Assembly: GCA_964612925.1 (NCBI GenBank)
Contig: CAZTFU010000001.1
Span: 14,384-78,383 of the forward strand
DNA: 64,000 nucleotides
Direction: 5' to 3'
Source: an uncultured Clostridium sp.
GTDB taxonomy: Bacteria > Bacillota > Clostridia > Christensenellales > CAG-138
In this document: in pieces, positions 29,259 to 36,143 of the stretch
Position numbering within the stretch: position 1 is the stretch's first letter
Layout of the letters: each line of letters starts with the position of its first letter
The notes under the pieces: model-generated
Told to the model about the DNA's origin: nothing
What the model saw: only the letters and a program-made list of their open reading frames with translations
Databases searched by the model: none
Program-made: the position numbers and the translations under genes

Positions 29259-29786
29259 ATGAGAACAAGGCGTGAATTCAAACGCACGATAGCTATACTT
29301 ACGGTGCTGCTTATAATAAGCGCGGCACTGAATGTTGCACTTATGGTGAGCGTGATAAAGCTTAAAAACGATGTCGAGCGGCTTGAGCAGCCGTCAGACA
29401 CGCCCGATATTACCCCTGCGGATGCGGAAACGAGTGAAACACCTTTGCCTCCCGAAACGGCTGAGGGTACTTCTGCTACACCCGAGGTAACGCCTGATGC
29501 CACACCGACAAACAAGCCCACACCCGTGCCGACTCCTGCCGCAACGCCTGTGCCGACACCGACGCCTACACCTGTGGTAACACATACGCCGACTCAAACG
29601 CCGAAAGCATCCCCTAAGACCACAAAACGGCCAAGGGAAACGATTGAACCCACGCCCACGGCGAACGGCTGGGTATATTCCTCATTTGTACCACAGAATA
29701 CGGAAACTCCCGTAGCGGAAACCCCAAACATTACCGATACGGAGCCTACGGCAGATGCACTCGGTGACCCGTTCGGAGGGAATTGA
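29259..29786 (+). CDS. single-pass membrane protein with a Pro/Thr-rich extracellular region
   Basis: ATG 29259 lies 4 nt after the SpoIID-like stop. TM segment IAILTVLLIISAALNVALMVSVI is followed by TPEVTPDATPTNKPTPVPTPAATPVPTPTPTPVVTHTPTQTP. Confidence 0.65.
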   Translation: MRTRREFKRTIAILTVLLIISAALNVALMVSVIKLKNDVERLEQPSDTPDITPADAETSETPLPPETAEGTSATPEVTPDATPTNKPTPVPTPAATPVPTPTPTPVVTHTPTQTPKASPKTTKRPRETIEPTPTANGWVYSSFVPQNTETPVAETPNITDTEPTADALGDPFGGN

Positions 29787-29787
29787 T

Positions 29788-30720
29788 ATGTACAAAAGCA
29801 AACGGGTAATTGACAACACGCTTTATGTATACGGCATAGATCGACTTGACCTTGAAAGGAGCTGCGAATGCGGGCAAAGCTTCCGCTGGCACAAGGAAGG
29901 CGAATGCTTTGTTGCACCCGCACTCGGAAGAGTGGTATGTGCTAAGCAACTTGGCGATACGCTAAGCATCTACTCCTGCACGGAAGATGAAGAGGGGGAC
30001 TGGATAAGCTATTTTGACCTTGAGCGTGACTATGCGGCAATAGAAGATAGATTAAGCAGGGATGATCAACTTAAAATGTGCATACCGAGCGCAACGGGCA
30101 TAAGGGTGTTTGCACAGGATCCGTTTGAAACACTTATTACGTTTATAATATCCGCAAACAACAATATCGGCCGCATAGCCGGAATAGTTGAAAGACTTTG
30201 CTCTTTGTGCGGAGAAAAGGTCGAATTCAACGGAAAGACATACAGCCTTTTTCCGTTGCCGGAGTCGATAGCCGCGCTTGATGAAAGCGAGCTTGTGCGG
30301 ATAGGTTCAGGCTATCGTGCACCGTATATAAAGAAGAGCGCACAACGCATAGCGGACGGTTATGAGCTTGAAAAGCTAAGGAATATGCCGCTTGATGAAG
30401 CACGAAGGGAAATCATGAGCTTCTCGGGCGTCGGCCCCAAGGTGGCGGATTGCGTGCTACTGTTTGGACTTGGCCACACGGATGCTTTTCCGGTGGATGT
30501 GTGGATAGGCCGCGCCATGAGCGAAATATATTTTGAAGGTGAAAAGGCGAGACGAGGTGAGCTTGAGAGAACTATACGCTCACTCGGCAGCGAAAGCGGC
30601 ATAGTGCAGCAATATATATTCCATTACGCGCGGCAGAATTCGCTTGGGAAGAAGAAAAACACAAAAAAACCGAGTGAAAAGGCCAAAACGCATGTTGACA
30701 CATGCGCACCGCTATGCTAA
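29788..30720 (+). CDS. ogg: 8-oxoguanine DNA glycosylase / HhH-GPD family DNA glycosylase
   Basis: OGG-type N-terminus (LERSCECGQSFRWHK) and HhH-GPD segment FSGVGPKVADCVLLFGLGHTDAFPVDVWI. ATG 29788 is preceded by GGAGGG, 1 nt after the upstream stop. Confidence 0.85.
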   Translation: MYKSKRVIDNTLYVYGIDRLDLERSCECGQSFRWHKEGECFVAPALGRVVCAKQLGDTLSIYSCTEDEEGDWISYFDLERDYAAIEDRLSRDDQLKMCIPSATGIRVFAQDPFETLITFIISANNNIGRIAGIVERLCSLCGEKVEFNGKTYSLFPLPESIAALDESELVRIGSGYRAPYIKKSAQRIADGYELEKLRNMPLDEARREIMSFSGVGPKVADCVLLFGLGHTDAFPVDVWIGRAMSEIYFEGEKARRGELERTIRSLGSESGIVQQYIFHYARQNSLGKKKNTKKPSEKAKTHVDTCAPLC

Positions 30721-30723
30721 AAT
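30695..30723 (+). promoter_or_regulatory. candidate sigma-A promoter of the rplU-prp-rpmA operon
   Basis: TTGACA (30695-30700) - 17 nt - TAAAAT (30718-30723). The -10 element overlaps the ogg stop codon. Confidence 0.55.
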
Positions 30724-30729
30724 ACACAG

Positions 30730-30813
30730 GTGAGCCGCTCTGCGACGGCTTTTTTGAAGCGCGTGTATACGCCGCCGTGTCGCGGGCGAGATTGGGAATA
30801 GGAGGTGCAGTAA
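30730..30813 (+). promoter_or_regulatory. structured 5' leader of rplU (candidate ribosomal protein L21 leader / attenuator)
   Basis: About 84 nt lie between the predicted TSS and the ATG. Hairpin AGCCG-CTCTGCGA-CGGCT is followed by T6 and enclosed by ATACAC...GTGTAT. The length and position fit the Firmicute L21 leader, but I could not score it against a covariance model. Confidence 0.4.
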
Positions 30814-31119
30814 ATGTACGCTATTATCCGTACCGGAGGCAAGCAGTACAAGGTTGAAGCGGGCGATGAGATTCTGGTCGAAAAGCTCGATCTGGAAGCC
30901 GGTGCTGAAGTTTGCTTTGAGGTTCTGATGCTTTGCGACGGCGAAAACGTTACCATAGGTAAGCCTGTGGTTGAAGGCGTTTGCGCCAAGGCTGAAGTCG
31001 TCGAACAGACCAAGGGCGATAAGGTTGTGGTGTTCAAGTATAAGGCTAAGAAGAACATCCGCAAGAAGCAGGGTCATCGTCAGCCGTATACCAAGGTTAA
31101 GATCAATACCATAGGTTAA
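30814..31119 (+). CDS. rplU: 50S ribosomal protein L21
   Basis: [25 protein letters not shown]...; AGGAGG RBS. Confidence 0.97.
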   Translation: MYAIIRTGGKQYKVEAGDEILVEKLDLEAGAEVCFEVLMLCDGENVTIGKPVVEGVCAKAEVVEQTKGDKVVVFKYKAKKNIRKKQGHRQPYTKVKINTIG

Positions 31120-31126
31120 CATTGAC

Positions 31127-31456
31127 ATGACAGAAATTACGCTGTTCCGCTCACACTCCCGCTTGGTCGGCTTTCAGGCTGAAGGGCACACGGGTTACGC
31201 CGAGGAAGGCAGTGACATTGTGTGTGCAGCCGTAAGCGCACTTACGCAGGGAGCGGTGATTGGCCTTAAAGAGGTAATCGGACTGAGTGTGGCAATTGAT
31301 ATTGACGAAGGATATTTGTATTGTATGCTTCCGAAAGAAATCAGCGGCCGACAACAGCACGATGCGGAGCTGATACTTAACACAATGGCAGCGAGTCTAA
31401 ACTCGATTGCCCAAACAAACGGTGATTACATCAAAATGACTGATAGGGAGGTGTAA
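31127..31456 (+). CDS. prp: ribosomal-processing cysteine protease Prp (YsxB family)
   Basis: [26 protein letters not shown] (His/Cys dyad context). It is located between rplU and rpmA. Confidence 0.92.
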   Translation: MTEITLFRSHSRLVGFQAEGHTGYAEEGSDIVCAAVSALTQGAVIGLKEVIGLSVAIDIDEGYLYCMLPKEISGRQQHDAELILNTMAASLNSIAQTNGDYIKMTDREV

Positions 31457-31460
31457 CACG

Positions 31461-31754
31461 ATGATGATCAATCTGCAGCTTTTTGCTCATAAGAAGGGCG
31501 TTGGCAGTTCCCGTAACGGACGTGACAGTGAATCCAAGCGTCTTGGACCCAAGAGGGCCGACGGGCAGTTCGTTCTGGCCGGTAATATTCTGGTCAGGCA
31601 GAGGGGCACCCATTTCCATCCCGGCAACAATGTTGGCATAGGTAAGGATGATACCCTTTTTGCCAAGGTAGATGGCGTTGTCCGCTTTGAAACCAAGCAT
31701 CTTGGTAAGAAGCAGGTCAGCGTTTATGCGGTTGAGGAAGCCGCCGCGAACTGA
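31461..31754 (+). CDS. rpmA: 50S ribosomal protein L27 with N-terminal propeptide
   Basis: [29 protein letters not shown]. The Firmicute-type propeptide ends in LQLF-A. Confidence 0.97.
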   Translation: MMINLQLFAHKKGVGSSRNGRDSESKRLGPKRADGQFVLAGNILVRQRGTHFHPGNNVGIGKDDTLFAKVDGVVRFETKHLGKKQVSVYAVEEAAAN

Positions 31755-31773
31755 TTTACAGCATCGTAACCAC

Positions 31774-31808
31774 AGCCGGTCCTTCTATAATGAAGGGCCG
31801 GCTTTTTT
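31774..31808 (+). terminator. intrinsic terminator after rpmA
   Basis: AGCCGGTCC-12 nt-GGGCCGGCT (9 bp, one G.U pair) followed by T6. Confidence 0.8.
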
Positions 31809-31862
31809 ATGTGGAAAATGCCGTAAAAAGTATTATTATAAGCAGGAAAGGAACATGATGCC

Positions 31863-33641
31863 ATGCAGAATAATGTTAACGGAAACACTGACGGCATACG
31901 CGATGCGGTGCTTGAGCGTATAGCCGCCGTTTATGATATCACACAGGGTCAGTACGAATATGCTTCCCATGAGCTTATTGCGGAGCTAAGCGCATTGACG
32001 AGCATTATAAAACGCGAAATATCGGTTTACATAGCGCGGGACGGCAGCATTGTTGACGTTTCCGTGGGGGACGGAACAAAGGTGGAAATGCCGCATATGC
32101 GCCTTGTGCGCAACGGCAACAGACTGTGTGGCGTGCGGTGTTTGCACACACACCCAAGCGGAGACGGCAGGTTGAGCGGCGTTGATATAGGCACGCTGAA
32201 AAGCATGAAGCTTGATTCCATGGCGGCGGTCGGCGTGAAGGATGACGGCACGGCAACATCACTTTATGCATCATATGTCGGTGAAATGGTAGAGGATGAG
32301 CGCGAGGCAATAGTGTATGGCCCGTTAAGACCGTATAAGTTGCCGCAAAGCCAGCTTATTGAAGAAATATACGCTGCCGACGAAAGACTGAAAAGCTCGA
32401 CGTGGGATACAAACAGTGATATACCGGAGCGCACGGTGCTTGTGGGCCTTGAAAATGACGAAGATTATGATACGATGGAGGAGCTTGCAGAGCTTGCCAA
32501 AACAGCGGGCGCAAACGTTATTGCGCGCAGTATGCAAAAGCGGCGCACGCCCGATAACGCAACGTATATAGGTAGCGGCAAAGTGGAGGAACTTCACCTG
32601 CTTTGCAGTGAAGTCGAAGCGGAGCTTGTTATTTTTGATGATGAGCTGAGCGGCACACAGCAAAGGAACCTTGAAACCAAGCTTGGACTGAGGGTGATCG
32701 ACCGCACCGCGCTTATACTTGACATATTTGCACAGCGCGCACAAAGCAGGGAAGGCAGGCTTCAGGTGGAACTTGCCCAAATGAAATACGGCCTGACAAG
32801 GCTGGCGGGGCAGGGCACGGCACTGAGCCGACTGGGCGGCGGCATAGGCACACGCGGCCCGGGCGAAAAAAAGCTTGAAATCGACAGGCGGCGCATTCGC
32901 AGACGCATATTCGAGCTTGGCGAGGAACTGAAGGAAATAGAGAAGCAGCGCGGACTCAGGCGCGAACGCCGCGAAAAGAACACAACGCCGCTTGTTGCGC
33001 TTGTGGGGTATACGAATGCGGGCAAAAGCACTTTCCTGAATGCTGTATCAAATGCGGGAGTATTGGCGGAAGATAAACTTTTTGCAACGCTTGATCCCGT
33101 GGTGCGCCAGATAACCCTTCCCAACGGCCTTGATATATTGCTTTCGGACACGGTGGGATTTATAAACAAATTGCCGCATGACCTTATAGAAGCATTCAAA
33201 TCAACACTTGAAGAAGTATCGAATGCGGACCTTATATTGCACGTTGTGGATATTTCAAGCGACCATTACGATGCCCAAATGCGCGTTGTTGAGGACGTTA
33301 TAGCAAGCCTTGGCGCGGGGGATACGGCACGCATAAACGTATATAACAAGATCGACCTTATAGATATGCGCCCGCGCGGCACGGAAAACGATGCATTTGT
33401 ATCGGCACGCACGGGAGAAGGCATGCAACCCCTTCTTGAAAGGATAGAGGGTATACTATCTGCCGCGCACAGCAGAATAGAGCTTACCGTTCCGTATGAT
33501 AAATACGAGGCGGTTGCGCTACTGCATAAGGAGGCGCGTATACTTAGTGAAGAGCATACCGAATCGGGCATGCTTATAAGTGCCGTGGTTGAGGATGCTA
33601 CCATGCGCAAGCTGAAAAAGCTTATGGGGGATAACATATAA
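31863..33641 (+). CDS. hflX: GTPase HflX with a ~180 aa N-terminal extension carrying a JAMM/MPN+-like motif
   Basis: The HflX N-domain (VIFDDELSGTQQRNLETKLGLRVIDRTALILDIFAQRA...LQVELAQ) is followed by a G domain (LVGYTNAGKSTFLN, DTVGF, NKID). The extension contains HTHPSGDGRLSGVD. Confidence 0.9.
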   Translation: MQNNVNGNTDGIRDAVLERIAAVYDITQGQYEYASHELIAELSALTSIIKREISVYIARDGSIVDVSVGDGTKVEMPHMRLVRNGNRLCGVRCLHTHPSGDGRLSGVDIGTLKSMKLDSMAAVGVKDDGTATSLYASYVGEMVEDEREAIVYGPLRPYKLPQSQLIEEIYAADERLKSSTWDTNSDIPERTVLVGLENDEDYDTMEELAELAKTAGANVIARSMQKRRTPDNATYIGSGKVEELHLLCSEVEAELVIFDDELSGTQQRNLETKLGLRVIDRTALILDIFAQRAQSREGRLQVELAQMKYGLTRLAGQGTALSRLGGGIGTRGPGEKKLEIDRRRIRRRIFELGEELKEIEKQRGLRRERREKNTTPLVALVGYTNAGKSTFLNAVSNAGVLAEDKLFATLDPVVRQITLPNGLDILLSDTVGFINKLPHDLIEAFKSTLEEVSNADLILHVVDISSDHYDAQMRVVEDVIASLGAGDTARINVYNKIDLIDMRPRGTENDAFVSARTGEGMQPLLERIEGILSAAHSRIELTVPYDKYEAVALLHKEARILSEEHTESGMLISAVVEDATMRKLKKLMGDNI

Positions 33642-33645
33642 ACAA

Positions 33646-34527
33646 ATGAAGAATAACAACGTCAAGGGAATGCTGTTGGTATTCGTGGCGGCAGTGCTTT
33701 GGAGCACAAATTCAATATTGGTCAAGTATATTCAGCTCCCGTCCATATTGATCGGCGCGATGCGCGCACTTATTGCGGGAGTGGTGCTTATACCGTTCAT
33801 CCGCCCTAAAAAGCTTGAGTGGAACCTCAAAATGCTGCTTATGCTTGTCGTGTTTACAATTCAAAGCACAAGCGTTGTAATGGCAATTAAGCTTACAAGT
33901 CCCGCAATAGCGGTAGGCATGCAGTTTACCGCACCGATATGGCTGTATATCTACTCACGCATTAAAGGCTATCCGTTTATAAAGCGCAGGATAATACCGC
34001 TTGCAGTGCTTGCGGTGGGCGTGGTAGTTTCCATGTTTTCAAAGGCAGAAGGCGTTACAACGCTTGGCAACATAATAGCGCTTTCAACCGGAATATCGTT
34101 TGCCGCGGTAACACAGCTCGGTAAAGACCTTGGTAAAGAAAACCCCGTCGGCATGACAAGCGTTAATAACCTTTTTATGGCGGTCGTGCTGTTGCCGCTG
34201 TTCTGCCGTGATTCAATACCCGAGCTTTTTGAGCTTGATGCCGCTAATTGGGCGGCACTTATAGCCCTTGGAATCGTGCAGTTTGGTGGAGGATATGTCT
34301 TTTATAACCTTGGGCTAAGGTATACAACCGCATCACGCGCAAGCATGATAAGCCCCATGGAGATGGTACTCAGTCCCGTTTGGGTAGCCGTTTTTATGGG
34401 CGAAGTGCCTGACATCATAGGGCTTATAGGCTTTGTAATCATAATAGTCGGAATCGCGCTGGAGGTGGCATTCACTCTTCGATATGAAAAGGCCGCGTCA
34501 TCGGACGGCACAGATATGATGTGTTAA
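33646..34527 (+). CDS. DMT-superfamily (EamA-type) transporter
   Basis: 293 aa with about 10 TM segments and the two-repeat EamA-like organisation. Confidence 0.8.
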   Translation: MKNNNVKGMLLVFVAAVLWSTNSILVKYIQLPSILIGAMRALIAGVVLIPFIRPKKLEWNLKMLLMLVVFTIQSTSVVMAIKLTSPAIAVGMQFTAPIWLYIYSRIKGYPFIKRRIIPLAVLAVGVVVSMFSKAEGVTTLGNIIALSTGISFAAVTQLGKDLGKENPVGMTSVNNLFMAVVLLPLFCRDSIPELFELDAANWAALIALGIVQFGGGYVFYNLGLRYTTASRASMISPMEMVLSPVWVAVFMGEVPDIIGLIGFVIIIVGIALEVAFTLRYEKAASSDGTDMMC

Positions 34528-35372
34528 GCATTTTGACGCTTTGGCCAGAGCATATAGAAGTGATTAAGCCCATCCTTTGAATCGTTGATGATCAAATTGA
34601 CATTTAGACCTGTCAAAGGAGAATCGGTTTCTGAGAGCAATGAGCCCAAAAACGTGTTGCCGAATGCAAGCGCGTTGCGGTTTTTAGCTTCGTCAAGCAG
34701 AAAACAGAGTGAAAAATCGCTGTTCGCATCAAACACGGTACGCAATTCGGGTATGAAATCACGCGCGTTTTGCCAGCCGTGTTTTTCGTAAACTATCCTG
34801 TAATTGTCGTCGTGCAGAATGTCTGCGCATTCGGCATCGTGAGCCTTGACCGCTTCACTGCCGACTATATCAATGCGGTCATCGCTCCATTCAAAATCAT
34901 TCGGGTCAATGTCCGATATGTTATTAAATATGCCCATAAAATTTTGCGTGATATCGGCATATTGTTCCGCGTCTATGCCGAATTCTTCGCATGGGTCATA
35001 TGCGGACATGGTGTTGAGCATGTGCTGCTTAAATCGGGCTATTTTTTCATTCATTTGTTTGATCCTGTGCATGTATGTGCTTTGAATTGCCCTTACGCTT
35101 TCCAACTTGCCTTCAAGCTCGGCTATTTTCCGACCGATTGCCTTGCAGATAACGGCATCATCTTCGTTGGATAACCGCTTGATCTCATCTATCGAAAACC
35201 CGGCCGCCTGAAGGGATTTTATCTTTGCAAATAAAACGGCTTGATCCTCCGAATAAAAGCGGTATTTTGACCATTTGTCCACGCGAATCGGCTTCAACAG
35301 GTCAACACGGTCATAATACCTGAGCGTTTGCGGCGAACAATCGCAGAGCGCGGCAAAATTCTTTATCGTCAT
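34524..35372 (-). CDS. MerR-family transcriptional regulator with an uncharacterised ~200 aa C-terminal domain
   Basis: MTIKNFAALCDCSPQTLRYYDRVDLLKPIRVDKWSKYRFYSEDQAVLFAKIKSLQAAGFSIDEIKRL. ATG 35372 is preceded by AAGGAGA; the track ORF starts at 35399. Confidence 0.85.
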   Translation of the reverse strand: MTIKNFAALCDCSPQTLRYYDRVDLLKPIRVDKWSKYRFYSEDQAVLFAKIKSLQAAGFSIDEIKRLSNEDDAVICKAIGRKIAELEGKLESVRAIQSTYMHRIKQMNEKIARFKQHMLNTMSAYDPCEEFGIDAEQYADITQNFMGIFNNISDIDPNDFEWSDDRIDIVGSEAVKAHDAECADILHDDNYRIVYEKHGWQNARDFIPELRTVFDANSDFSLCFLLDEAKNRNALAFGNTFLGSLLSETDSPLTGLNVNLIINDSKDGLNHFYMLWPKRQNA

Positions 35373-35501
35373 ACATGTCTCCTTTCTTTTGATGGCCATG
35401 TTATAGCATTGAAGCGCACTGCAAAGTCAATACATAATTTTTATCCCCTGCCCGTTAAGGAGCAGGGGATAGTAAAAGCTGTCTGTTATTCTGACTTGAT
35501 G

Positions 35502-36044
35502 TTAGCACTCAGGTTCTATAAGGCCGTAATTTCCGTCTTTACGCTTGTAGATGACGTTTATCTGGTTGGTGTCACCGTTGGTGAACATATAGAACGTGTG
35601 GCCGAGCATTTCAAGCTGAAGCATTGCTTCGTCAACCGTCATCGGCTTGATGTCAAAACGCTTTACCTTGACAACGCTTGCCGGTTCCTCATCGAGATCA
35701 TCCTGTGTAAATGCATCGGCATACACGGGTTCGGGCGCACGGAAGGCACCTGCCCTCAGATTCTTCTCAAGTTTGGTGCGGTGGCGCACTATCTGCTTTT
35801 CAAGCTTGCTAAGCACATTGTCTACAGAGGCGTACATATCGCCGGAGGTTTCTTCACCGCGAATTATACCGCCCGCATAGGGAATCGTGACTTCAACAAT
35901 GTGGCGGTTACGTTCAACACTTAGTGTAACATGCGCCTGGGTATCCTCCGGAAAGTACTTGTCCAGTTTGCTGACTTTCTTGTTGATAAGTCCCTCCAGG
36001 TAATCTGATACTTCGATGTTTTTTCCGCTGATCGTTATAATCAT
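35502..36044 (-). CDS. hpf: ribosome hibernation promoting factor (long HPF)
   Basis: MIITISGKNIEVSDYLEGLINKKVSKLDKYF...VTLSVERNRHIVEVTIP, plus a C-terminal dimerisation-type domain (FDIKPMTVDEAMLQLEMLGHTFYMFTN). Confidence 0.93.
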   Translation of the reverse strand: MIITISGKNIEVSDYLEGLINKKVSKLDKYFPEDTQAHVTLSVERNRHIVEVTIPYAGGIIRGEETSGDMYASVDNVLSKLEKQIVRHRTKLEKNLRAGAFRAPEPVYADAFTQDDLDEEPASVVKVKRFDIKPMTVDEAMLQLEMLGHTFYMFTNGDTNQINVIYKRKDGNYGLIEPEC

Positions 36045-36143
36045 ATTACTTACCCCTTTCACGCGGCTGCTGTTTGTTTGCGCCGCTATTTACTCTTTTC
36101 TTGAAGTATACCACATTTTCCTGCTTGACGATGTGAATTCTCC

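Noticed and set aside
29400-29620. Periodic ACNCCN/CCGAC repeats that looked like a tandem repeat or short-repeat array.
   Set aside because: The periodicity is irregular and in-frame with a Pro/Thr-rich linker of the 29259-29786 CDS. It is low-complexity coding sequence, not a CRISPR array or satellite.
35443-35470. A 9 bp hairpin ATCCCCTGC-10 nt-GCAGGGGAT between hpf and the MerR gene, considered as the hpf terminator.
   Set aside because: No U-tract follows the stem in either transcript orientation (the T-run is on the wrong side). It is left uncalled, though it may be a processing or stability element.
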